Positions 28,472 through 36,484 of a DNA stretch of 41,318 nt are shown here, in pieces. A model generated the notes under the pieces. The model had not been told where the DNA came from, searched no databases, and saw nothing but the letters and a program-made list of their open reading frames with translations. Position 1 is the first letter of the stretch; each line of letters starts with the position of its first letter. The position numbers and the translations under genes are program-made. This DNA is from Clostridium phage slur17: the sequence record LN881738.1. One strand, given 5' to 3'.

Positions 28472-30658
28472 CTACATAAAACCTTTTAATAACAATAGTT
28501 TTTCATCTTCATCTAAAGAGTTCAACATCCTGTCTTTTGTATATTTTATAGCATTTTCTAAACTCTTATCTTTTTCGTCTAATTCTAAATCTTTTTTTAT
28601 GTCATCTACAGTTATATATCTTTTTATATTATTAAGTTGTATTCGTTTTTTTTCAAACTGGCATGATATAGGATTTATATTTTTATAAAAAAACATAGTT
28701 TCTATATCATGCCAGTTACTATATTTTTTCTTTTCTATAATAAAAATTCCATTCAGTGTAACGCTTAGCTTTTTAGTTGTTAAATCCCAGTTTTCCCCTA
28801 AAATTGTTCTTAAGTCGTTACTTAACTCTTGTAAATGCAATTCTTTATAAGATGTTCCAATTCCAAACAATTTATCTATATAATTAAATACTGTAACTTG
28901 AATAAGTTCATCATTTAAAAACTCTGGATATTCCTCTTTTAATTCTCTATATATTAAAGTATTTATTTTATTAAATATTACCCCACGTCTTTTGTTTGCT
29001 GTATTCGCTAGTTTCCAAGCAAGGTCTAAGTCGAACTTATTATCTAGTACATAATTAGAATATAGTTCTAACATGCTATTACTTTTACTTTTCTTTACCA
29101 AATTATGTATGTCATACGCTCTGTAAGCCTCTAAGCACCCTTTTGAACTTAGTTTCATATCATTATGATACTGCATTAGTGAAAAGCTCTTAGAATCGCT
29201 TTTAATCTGTCTATAACCTACTAGAATTTCTTTATGTTCTTTTAAAATTTCTCTTGTTGCATCTTTAATTTCTTTTACAACTTTCTTGTACTCTTTTAAC
29301 TCTTTTTCATTTGTGCCAACTTCTTTAGCATCAGTTATATTAACATTTTCAAAATATTCTTCTAATAACACTTTAAAACTTTGAATTGTTCTTGTATTGT
29401 AATAGTTGCTGTAAACTTGACTTTTTATATATAATTTATCTACTTTATAGCAATTATCTTTTGTACAGTAGTACACATTTGAGTCTATGCGAATTGGCGT
29501 TGCATTTATTCCAACTGTTTCAAACTGTAACATGTGTTTAGATACTTTGTTATAAGCATCTTTTAAGATAGTTGCTTTTTCTATATTTTTGTTAACTAGC
29601 CATTCAATTTTGTATACATTGCACTCTTCTTCATATTTATTGAATATGTGTACATTTACTTTTTTTAAGTTTCTAAACCTTGCAACATACTGTTTTATAG
29701 CTCCAACATCTTTTATATTAACAATAATTATATCTGTGATATCTTTGTTGTTTATATTTACACCAGCTAGGATTGTTGTTGTATTTAAAAGCGTTTCATA
29801 GTCTTTCATGTCTGAATTTTTAACTATTCTATTGTACAATTCATTCTCTTCTTTTCCATCTGCATATACAACTCCAACTTTTTTGTTCACTGAATCTCTT
29901 ATAAATTCTAATGTTGATATATCATTCATCAACATGGCGCTGTTTTTAGATTTATTTATTATGTTAATCATTTCAGTAAAATTTTTATTGTCAAAGTCGT
30001 TGTACAATTTAACTTTATATTCTGTTTTTTGCTTTTGAGTGTACTCTATTATGTAGTCATATATTTCAAATTCAAGTTTTGTTGGTGTTGCTGTAATGTC
30101 TATTCTTCCTTTGCACTTAGACATTATATTATTTAGATTTTTTATTGCTTTTCCTCGATATGCATCTGTATAAGTTTGATGTATTTCATCAACTACAATT
30201 ATGTATTCACTTAAGTCTGTGTTTATAAGTTTTTCAGTTTTATCCCAAGTCATTACAACTAAGTTACCATTTTTAAATGCTTCGCTAACAGGTATTTTGT
30301 CATATGCTCCTGGTATATCATACTCGTGCATTGCCTGCTCCACATTTGAAGCATTTGGAAGTATGAATAACGCTTTTGTTTTTAATTTTTTTAATGTATT
30401 TATAAAGCTATAACTTTTTCCTGCTCCTGTCGGTGCAATAAACAGGGTTTTCCCGCCATTTATCGCGTTGGCTATAGCCGTTTTAATTCCTAGTTTTTTT
30501 TCGTTTATATATTTTTTTATTTCATATGTTTCATGTCTATTGAAATTTGAATAATTTTCTTTTTCATGCTCTGCTCTTTCAGCGCTACATTCTTCTAAAA
30601 ACATCTTATCTATATTATTTTTATTAACATTCTTCATCTTTATCCCTCCAATTTCCAC
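28472..30658 (-). CDS. SF2 (DEAH-type) helicase with uncharacterised C-terminal extension of about 350 aa
   Basis: Walker A FIAPTGAGKSYSF, Walker B/motif II VVDEIH, motif III ITATPT, motif VI-like QYVARFRN in the first ~380 aa; C-terminal half has no motif I recognise. Confidence 0.8.
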   Translation of the reverse strand: MEIGGIKMKNVNKNNIDKMFLEECSAERAEHEKENYSNFNRHETYEIKKYINEKKLGIKTAIANAINGGKTLFIAPTGAGKSYSFINTLKKLKTKALFILPNASNVEQAMHEYDIPGAYDKIPVSEAFKNGNLVVMTWDKTEKLINTDLSEYIIVVDEIHQTYTDAYRGKAIKNLNNIMSKCKGRIDITATPTKLEFEIYDYIIEYTQKQKTEYKVKLYNDFDNKNFTEMINIINKSKNSAMLMNDISTLEFIRDSVNKKVGVVYADGKEENELYNRIVKNSDMKDYETLLNTTTILAGVNINNKDITDIIIVNIKDVGAIKQYVARFRNLKKVNVHIFNKYEEECNVYKIEWLVNKNIEKATILKDAYNKVSKHMLQFETVGINATPIRIDSNVYYCTKDNCYKVDKLYIKSQVYSNYYNTRTIQSFKVLLEEYFENVNITDAKEVGTNEKELKEYKKVVKEIKDATREILKEHKEILVGYRQIKSDSKSFSLMQYHNDMKLSSKGCLEAYRAYDIHNLVKKSKSNSMLELYSNYVLDNKFDLDLAWKLANTANKRRGVIFNKINTLIYRELKEEYPEFLNDELIQVTVFNYIDKLFGIGTSYKELHLQELSNDLRTILGENWDLTTKKLSVTLNGIFIIEKKKYSNWHDIETMFFYKNINPISCQFEKKRIQLNNIKRYITVDDIKKDLELDEKDKSLENAIKYTKDRMLNSLDEDEKLLLLKGFM

Positions 30659-30724
30659 CTGGAGGCTGACGCTCTTTTTTTGATTTTTTGTAATAATTTT
30701 ACTATTAAAATTACCTTAAAACCA

Positions 30725-30753
30725 TTGTGTTTTTCTACACTTTGTCTTATAAT
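30725..30753 (+). promoter_or_regulatory. Sigma-A-type promoter (orphan; upstream of a structured non-coding region)
   Basis: -35 TTGTGT (30725-30730), 17-nt spacer, -10 TATAAT (30748-30753). Confidence 0.4.
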
Positions 30754-30759
30754 ATAAAT

Positions 30760-30866
30760 ATAAGTATAGAAAAACAAGGATATATTATCCTTAAGAGAGG
30801 TCTAACCTCCGGTGTAAGGAACATGGTTTGTTTGACGGCAAGTACATGTTCCTTGTTTATTTTTTT
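30760..30866 (+). ncRNA. Candidate small RNA of about 100 nt
   Basis: Downstream of the promoter above: short hairpins, then a 10-bp stem AAGGAACATG (30816-30825) / CATGTTCCTT (30845-30854) followed by a T-run to 30866; no ORF with a usable SD. Confidence 0.3.
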
Positions 30867-31006
30867 GTAGATTTTTTTAAACCAATTAAAAAAAAGTTTT
30901 CTGTTCGTTGTGATTATAATTATAGCACATTTAAATTATAAAAAAATATACTCTTTTTGAAAATAAATTATATTTTAAAAATATATTTTCTAAAATACTG
31001 CATTTT

Positions 31007-31039
31007 AAAAGACTTAGTATATAAACTAAGTCTTTTTTT
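31007..31039. terminator. Intrinsic terminator-like hairpin
   Basis: Perfect 10-bp stem AAGACTTAGT / ACTAAGTCTT with 6-nt loop, followed by T7; no protein-coding gene upstream on either strand. Confidence 0.45.
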
Positions 31040-31156
31040 ATGTAAATATATGTTATAATAATTTTAGCAAGAGAAAGCAATCTATATTCTAAAAAAAGAG
31101 TGGAGTCTATACACAAAAGATTATCCTCCCAACGCTACAAAGGGAGGTGATGAAGT

Positions 31157-31309
31157 ATGGATAATTTTTTACTTAATGTATTAGCTGGTGTTATAGCTAG
31201 TTTAATATTCTATATAATTAGCAAATTATTTAGACAAGTAAAAAACCACTCTGCGCAAAAGAGTGGTTGGGAATTTGATTTGAGAATCAAATTCAAAAAG
31301 TTTAAATAA
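31157..31309 (+). CDS. Small membrane peptide, type I toxin-like (50 aa)
   Basis: Hand-verified ORF MDNFLLNVLAGVIASLIFYIISKLFRQVKNHSAQKSGWEFDLRIKFKKFK with strong SD AGGGAGGTG 6 nt upstream; one hydrophobic helix then a Lys-rich tail; two hairpins in its 3' part. Absent from the ORF track (shorter than 60 aa). Confidence 0.5.
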   Translation: MDNFLLNVLAGVIASLIFYIISKLFRQVKNHSAQKSGWEFDLRIKFKKFK

Positions 31310-31361
31310 TTTTTTATTTTAGACTAAAACTCTACTCTTATGACTAGAATACAGTTCTCTT
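31238..31361 (-). ncRNA. Candidate antisense sRNA convergent with the toxin-like peptide gene
   Basis: Minus-strand promoter: -35 TTGTAT (plus 31392-31397), 18-nt spacer, extended -10 TGTGATATAAT (plus 31368-31378). Minus-strand terminator: stem 31244-31252 / 31260-31268 followed by T-run (plus A-run 31240-31245). Overlaps the 3' 70 nt of the peptide gene. Confidence 0.4.
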
Positions 31362-31454
31362 GCTTTTATTATATCACATTTTCTTTAAAAGATACAACTT
31401 TACATCATTTTCAGTATTCTATTTTTTTTATTTTTATCAAAGTTTATTTTAAGA

Positions 31455-31566
31455 ACGATAAAATTAAAAAACCACTCAAACGCCAATAAGAGTGGTTTAA
31501 GAAAATAAGTTATTTTTCAAAACATTGGAAATAGCTACTCTTGTGTAAAGTAAATCATTATTTCCT
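31455..31566 (-). ncRNA. Second, paralogous sRNA candidate with no intact partner ORF
   Basis: Near-identical promoter copy (-35 at plus 31599-31604, -10 at plus 31574-31579) and homologous terminator hairpin AACCACTC (31460-31467) / GAGTGGTT (31480-31487) with T-run on the minus strand; no peptide ORF on the plus strand opposite. Confidence 0.35.
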
Positions 31567-31761
31567 TGCTTTTATTATATCACATTTTTTAAAAAAAGAT
31601 ACAATTTTACATCATTTCTAATATACTAAAATCTTTACTTTTTACCAAAATTTGTTTAAAAAATAGGAGAAAACTATTGTTTTTGACGACCCGTCATGGT
31701 ATAATATATTTATAGAGAAGGAGGTGAGAAAGCAAAAAAATAAAAGAAAGGAGGAACGGGA

Positions 31762-31890
31762 ATGGGGAGATTAGAAAGAAGTAAAAAGAAAAGAGAAAAC
31801 AAATTTAACATAGTTAAAAAAGTTTTCTCCTTCATCCTATTATTACTTAACATAATCCTCGCAGTTCTAAGAATTTTGAAAGAACTGTAA
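31762..31890 (+). CDS. Small membrane peptide (42 aa)
   Basis: MGRLERSKKKRENKFNIVKKVFSFILLLLNIILAVLRILKEL; SD AAAGGAGGA 6 nt upstream; promoter-like TTGTTT-17-TATAAT at about 31676-31705; imperfect hairpin after the stop. Confidence 0.4.
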   Translation: MGRLERSKKKRENKFNIVKKVFSFILLLLNIILAVLRILKEL

Positions 31891-31964
31891 GGATAAGCCT
31901 AGAGGGAATAGCCCTTCTCTCTAGGTGACTTCTTTCTAATATTATAACACATTTCTAAAAAAAC

Positions 31965-32126
31965 ATGAGTGATAAATTTTATAAGATTTGCATTGTTTTA
32001 GTTTTGATAACTATAGTCTTAAATATAGTATCTATAGTATTAAACTCTAGTACAAGCAACATGCTCGGTTTAGTTTTTAGTGTTGTATTATTGCTTTTCT
32101 TTGTAATACAGCAAAAAAGGAGCTAA
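31965..32126 (+). CDS. Small two-helix membrane peptide (53 aa)
   Basis: MSDKFYKICIVLVLITIVLNIVSIVLNSSTSNMLGLVFSVVLLLFFVIQQKRS; no clear SD; its stop sits 3 nt before the AbrB-like gene start. Confidence 0.3.
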   Translation: MSDKFYKICIVLVLITIVLNIVSIVLNSSTSNMLGLVFSVVLLLFFVIQQKRS

Positions 32127-32129
32127 TGA

Positions 32130-32312
32130 ATGGAAAAAGAAAAAAGAGATTTAAAGTTTAACTTTCACAAAGGTGGGAGTGGGTCGTTTACTCCTAGAAT
32201 GAGTGTTCCTAAAAAATGGGCTGATGAAATGGGCATAACAAGAGAAAACCCTAATGTTACGGCAACATTCGAGGGCGACAGGATAATAATTGAAAAGGCT
32301 AAGAATGAATGA
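32130..32312 (+). CDS. AbrB/MazE/SpoVT-type DNA-binding domain protein
   Basis: 60 aa; TPRMSVPKKWADEMGITRENPNVTATFEGDRIIIEKA fits the looped-hinge-helix swapped-hairpin fold pattern; good SD AAGGAG. Confidence 0.6.
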   Translation: MEKEKRDLKFNFHKGGSGSFTPRMSVPKKWADEMGITRENPNVTATFEGDRIIIEKAKNE

Positions 32313-32399
32313 CTTTTTCTATAAAAGAAGGTTGCTTTTTTTCTTAGCCTTCTTTTTTTTAAATTTTACTATAATATAAAAATATTACTGTAATATTAT

Positions 32400-32585
32400 A
32401 AAAATATTATTTTAGTATTGTATATACAATATTTTAGTATTTTTAATATAATATATTGGTATTGTAAAAGCAATATGTAAATATTGTATTTATATTATTT
32501 GAATATTGTAATTAACAATATTAATATATTGTTGCAATATTATAAAAACAATACTACAATATTATTATAATATTATAAATATAAT
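32400..32585. repeat. AATATTGT-type repeat array upstream of parA (centromere/operator-like)
   Basis: Many direct and inverted copies of AATATTGTA / TACAATATT, e.g. AGTATTGTATATACAATATT, GAATATTGTAATTAACAATATT. Confidence 0.55.
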
Positions 32586-32591
32586 AATGAG

Positions 32592-33410
32592 GTGGAGAAA
32601 ATGGCTAATACAAAGCTACTTACGTACTTTAACATAAAAGGAGGTATCTATAAGACAACAACGTCTATAATGACAGCGTATGAACTTGCGAAAGATAAAG
32701 ATAAAAAAATACTCTTATGGGACTTAGATGTGCAAGCAAATCTAACACAATATGTTTATGAAATAAATCATAATGATAATACTACATTAGATATTTTAAA
32801 AGGGATTAGTGCTAATGATGCAATAGTCAAGTCACCTAATGAAAATTACATTAATGTAGACTTAATTCCTTCTGACATACAAATGGCTAGATTTGAACAA
32901 GAGCTATCACCTTTACCAGCCAGAGAAAAATTTTTAGCTCGCTGGTACATGCAAAACTTTAATACTTTGAGTGAGTATGATTATATTATCTGTGATTTAT
33001 CTCCACGCTACGATTTGACAGCTAAAAATGTGCTTTTCTTAGCAGATAGTATAATTATTCCAATTCAAGATAAAAACATTTCTTCTTTAAGAGGAGCAGA
33101 ATTATTTAAACAACTCTGGGATGTTGATAGAACCTATTTTGATAAGGAGGATAATATAAAAAGTACTATTTTAGTTGGATTTGAGAAGAAGAAAACTCAA
33201 ATTAGCGATACTTTCGATTCTTATCTGGAAGGGTTTAACGATATGAGAGATATTATGTTAGATACATACATTAGAAAAAATGAGTTTATAGAGAAGGCAC
33301 TATTAAAAAAACTATCTCTAACAGATTATACAAAAATAACTAAAGAGCATTTCAGCAGACAGGAATTTACTAATATGTTAGAAGAATTGAAAAGAAAAGG
33401 AGTGTTATAG
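32592..33410 (+). CDS. parA: ParA/Soj-family partition ATPase
   Basis: 272 aa; deviant Walker A KGGIYKTTT, A' motif LLWDLDVQAN, Walker B YIICDLSP. Confidence 0.85.
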   Translation: MEKMANTKLLTYFNIKGGIYKTTTSIMTAYELAKDKDKKILLWDLDVQANLTQYVYEINHNDNTTLDILKGISANDAIVKSPNENYINVDLIPSDIQMARFEQELSPLPAREKFLARWYMQNFNTLSEYDYIICDLSPRYDLTAKNVLFLADSIIIPIQDKNISSLRGAELFKQLWDVDRTYFDKEDNIKSTILVGFEKKKTQISDTFDSYLEGFNDMRDIMLDTYIRKNEFIEKALLKKLSLTDYTKITKEHFSRQEFTNMLEELKRKGVL

Positions 33411-33743
33411 ATGCCAAGTTTCAACAGAGACCTTTTAGTTGATAAAGAAAAACCGATTTTGAAAAATGGAACAATCGTACAAAATGATTCTACAACTACA
33501 GACAATAAGACATTAAACATATATAATCTAGTTAATAAGAAAAGTAAAAAAGTGACTATGAGTGCAACGCTTGATGAGGAGCTTGTAAACAAATTAAAAT
33601 CTTTTTCTATTGATATGAACAGCGACGTTAGTAAATTATTAAGTGATATACTAACTCAAATTTTATCTGATGTCACTATAAAAGAAGAGAATTTAAATAT
33701 ATACAATGAGAGAAATAGAAGAAATAAGACTAAGAAAAAGTAA
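33411..33743 (+). CDS. Putative centromere-binding partition protein (ribbon-helix-helix-like)
   Basis: 110 aa; start codon directly follows the parA stop; VTMSATLDEELVNKLKSFSIDMNSDVSKLLSDIL is consistent with a beta-strand plus two helices; basic C-terminal tail. Confidence 0.45.
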   Translation: MPSFNRDLLVDKEKPILKNGTIVQNDSTTTDNKTLNIYNLVNKKSKKVTMSATLDEELVNKLKSFSIDMNSDVSKLLSDILTQILSDVTIKEENLNIYNERNRRNKTKKK

Positions 33744-33749
33744 ATAATA

Positions 33750-33860
33750 TTATATTTATATTGTTTAGATATTACTTAAATATTGTATATATAATATTTA
33801 AGTAATATTTTAATATTATTATTACAATATATTAATATTGTTTAAATAATATGTTTTAAC
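33750..33860. repeat. Second AATATTGT-type repeat array, downstream of the partition genes
   Basis: AAATATTGTATATATAATATTT and TACAATATATTAATATTGTTTAAA; same motif family as the array upstream of parA. Confidence 0.5.
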
Positions 33861-33877
33861 TATAATCTAAAAAGGGG

Positions 33878-34168
33878 TTGGAAAAGATGAACGTTTATCT
33901 GCAAATTGGAAAAGAGTTATCTGAAAAAATGACTAAATCGGAGTTGAATAAGTTTTCGCAAGAAGTAACGAATTATCTACGATTCGCTGGACATGATAAT
34001 GATATGAAAATTAAACTATTTCAAACAATTATAGAAGCAATTGCTAGAAAAAGAGTAACATTGCCAGCTGACAATGAATTTACACAAGGAATAATGTTAA
34101 GTAACGAATTAGAGATGACAACGAATGTAGGATTTATAATCGAAGGATTAAGTTATCATAATAACTAA
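33878..34168 (+). CDS. Hypothetical protein
   Basis: 96-aa ORF; the likely true start is the ATG at 33887 (MNVYLQIGKE...); followed by a strong terminator. Confidence 0.45.
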   Translation: MEKMNVYLQIGKELSEKMTKSELNKFSQEVTNYLRFAGHDNDMKIKLFQTIIEAIARKRVTLPADNEFTQGIMLSNELEMTTNVGFIIEGLSYHNN

Positions 34169-34177
34169 ACATTAAAA

Positions 34178-34210
34178 AACAGTGTATTTATTGAATACAC
34201 TGTTTTTATT
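34178..34210 (+). terminator. Intrinsic terminator
   Basis: ACAGTGTATTTATTGAATACACTGT hairpin followed by TTTTTATTT. Confidence 0.55.
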
Positions 34211-34400
34211 TCCGCATAGTTAATCTAAAATTGGATATTATATTATTTCTATATAAATTAAATTGACATTTAAATCCCTCATAGTTAATCTTAAAATTCT
34301 TATTACAATATTATTTCTAAATAAATTAAAAAATATTTTAAATCCCTCGTAGTTAATCTTAAAAGCGATACTATATACATTAATAATAATACTCTTCTAC
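34205..34400. repeat. Three tandem imperfect direct repeats of about 66 bp
   Basis: Core TTTAAATCCCTC(A/G)TAGTTAATCTTAAAA recurs at about 34215, 34280 and 34348 with similar intervening sequence (ATTATTTCTA.ATAAATTAAA). Confidence 0.6.
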
Positions 34401-34871
34401 TTAATTTTCAATTACATTTTGCAATTCTTGTTTACAACTTTCAATGCCTTTTTGTAATTCTTCTAAAAAAACTGATGTGCTATCGTCTATATTTCTTTCA
34501 GCAATTTCTTCGAAATTTTCTTTATTGAATTTTTTATAACTATCCCAATCCAAATTTTCCCACTCATTTTCACACCAATTTTCAAATTCTTCATAATCGT
34601 TTACGTAACAAATTTCTCCAAGCATATCGTTTAAATGAGTTGGCGCTTGATTTAATGTGAAAATATTAATTTCTTTGTCATCACCTAAAAGTTTAGCCCA
34701 AGTTTGAACTGCTATCGCTTCAACTTTTCCTTGTATATCGATATAAATTTTTATATTATTAGTCTCTTTGATTAAACAACTTTCTTTAAAAGCTTTTATA
34801 GCTTCTTCCTCTATTTTATCTATATTCATATCTATAACTCTTAAAAATCTTCTAGCTTTTTGTTTATTCAT
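34401..34871 (-). CDS. Hypothetical acidic protein (third gene of uncharacterised operon)
   Basis: 156 aa, Trp/Glu-rich (ENWCENEWENLDWDSY); no motif recognised. Confidence 0.5.
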   Translation of the reverse strand: MNKQKARRFLRVIDMNIDKIEEEAIKAFKESCLIKETNNIKIYIDIQGKVEAIAVQTWAKLLGDDKEINIFTLNQAPTHLNDMLGEICYVNDYEEFENWCENEWENLDWDSYKKFNKENFEEIAERNIDDSTSVFLEELQKGIESCKQELQNVIEN

Positions 34872-34890
34872 TTTTTATATCCTCCATTTT

Positions 34891-35397
34891 TTAGTTGTTT
34901 TTATACATAACAGTTCTTTCGCTCTTTTCAATTTCTGTAAGATACTCTAAAAATTCTTTAATTTCTTGTTTGTTTATGCCTGTAAATTCGTGTCTAATTT
35001 CGCATTTTTCAACGCGTGTAGAATATTTCTCTTCTAATTTATAAAATCCAGGTCTTACACTAGCTATAAGGTCACTTTCTACATTTTTGCTGCATAAGCT
35101 ATTTACATATATTAAAATGTTTTCTATATTTTCTATGTCTACTTTGTCGCCTTTTGAATAATAAAAATTAAATCTCAATCTTATTCCTATGCTACTGTTA
35201 ATTTCACCATGCCCCCACGTTTCAATGTTTAAACTTTTTCCAACTGTTTCTTTAACGATTCCCACGTGACTGTTTGCACAATCTTTAAGACTTATATCAA
35301 ATATATCATTGTTGATTTTATTAATCTCTTTTTCTATCATTTCAACATTCTCTTTATTAACTTTTAAATTTAATATTGTACTAAAATCTATATTCAT
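34891..35397 (-). CDS. Hypothetical protein (second gene of uncharacterised operon)
   Basis: 168 aa; no motif recognised. Confidence 0.5.
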   Translation of the reverse strand: MNIDFSTILNLKVNKENVEMIEKEINKINNDIFDISLKDCANSHVGIVKETVGKSLNIETWGHGEINSSIGIRLRFNFYYSKGDKVDIENIENILIYVNSLCSKNVESDLIASVRPGFYKLEEKYSTRVEKCEIRHEFTGINKQEIKEFLEYLTEIEKSERTVMYKNN

Positions 35398-35475
35398 ACT
35401 TCAATCCTCCATTTATTTTATATATTAAAATTATAGCATTCGACGGTGAACTATATTTGTACCAATCCAAAATTT

Positions 35476-36306
35476 TTAACACTCTACACCATCTCTAAAT
35501 ATTTGGTATGCAATTTCTATTTTTCTTTCAGCACTTTCTATTTTTCTATAGTTTTCAATCTGCTTCTTTTTAATGTCTGCAAATCCATTTTTATAAAATT
35601 GTGCATTTTTTTGTATTAATGTTTCTATTATGTATTTTTTAGCTTTCTCTATATATTCTGTGCTAGTAGCTTGTTTTACTGCGTCGTCAAATATTTCAAC
35701 TATTTCAAGTACATTTTCTTTTATTTCATTAGACCAATTATCATTAAAATTTATTTCTTTAGCTATTTTTTTAGCTTCTTCATAGCTTATACTACCTTCA
35801 ACTTTTCTAAGTTTATGAGACGCTTGAGTTTCTCCTTTTAAAAATTTTAAATTTCCAATTTCTTCTGTAAATTGAGACTCTCGAAAAATCTGGTTTATTT
35901 GAAACGCTTTTTGATTTAAAGAATTATATTTTAAAACATTTCTAAAATTATCTATAAAGAACTTAGCATCCTCTATGTTGCTTATTGCTTCTCTTATTCT
36001 TTCAAATTTTCTTTTACATCTTTCTGTCATTTCTTCTATACTCATATCTTTGATTTTGTAGTCTTCATTTTTTATTCTTTCTATTTTACTTTTTTCTAGT
36101 TCGTTAGTTAAATTTAAAATGTCTGTTCTTATATCATTAGCCCAAATAATTTGTTTTTCTGACCCTTTTAATTCTTTCATTTTTATATCCCCCTTTTTAT
36201 TTAAGAAGGATAAGCAAAGACTAAATTGTACTTTATAATCTACATCATTATATTTTTCTTTAATTTCTCTTGCTATTTTATGTGCTTCTTTAAATAAAGT
36301 TTTCAT
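35476..36306 (-). CDS. Hypothetical protein (first gene of uncharacterised operon)
   Basis: 276 aa, largely helical and Lys/Glu-rich; N-terminus MKTLFKEAHKIAREIKEKYNDVDYKVQFSLCLSFL; no catalytic motif recognised. Confidence 0.5.
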   Translation of the reverse strand: MKTLFKEAHKIAREIKEKYNDVDYKVQFSLCLSFLNKKGDIKMKELKGSEKQIIWANDIRTDILNLTNELEKSKIERIKNEDYKIKDMSIEEMTERCKRKFERIREAISNIEDAKFFIDNFRNVLKYNSLNQKAFQINQIFRESQFTEEIGNLKFLKGETQASHKLRKVEGSISYEEAKKIAKEINFNDNWSNEIKENVLEIVEIFDDAVKQATSTEYIEKAKKYIIETLIQKNAQFYKNGFADIKKKQIENYRKIESAERKIEIAYQIFRDGVEC

Positions 36307-36484
36307 TCTTTGCTTACCCCCTTGTTTTATTTGTTAATTATATTATAATCTATATGAATATCTAAGTCAACACTTTTTCAAAGTTTTTTCTTTGATTTCC
36401 AAAAATATAACTTTGATTAACATAGATTATTCTTTTACTTTTAATTTTTTTATGTTATTATATAAATAAGAGAGGTGTGAAAAA

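Noticed and set aside
29589-30413. Plus-strand ORFs inside the helicase gene (29589-29801, 29808-30038, 30201-30413)
   Set aside because: Antisense to a helicase with complete motif set; hydrophobic low-complexity translations.
30776-30866. tRNA gene in the structured region
   Set aside because: No T-loop GTTCNANNC consensus or cloverleaf with 7-bp acceptor stem; better described as a terminated small transcript.
30931-31116. Minus-strand 61-aa ORF in the AT-rich intergenic region
   Set aside because: No SD; Ile/Leu/Tyr/Lys composition driven by AT-richness; the region is better explained by terminator and promoter elements.
33326-33592. Minus-strand 88-aa ORF overlapping parA and the partition-protein gene
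   Set aside because: Antisense to the ParA gene with clear Walker motifs and to its coupled partner.
34205-34400. Possible CRISPR array
   Set aside because: The intervening sequences are themselves repeated, i.e. tandem direct repeats rather than repeat-spacer units; only three units and no cas genes.
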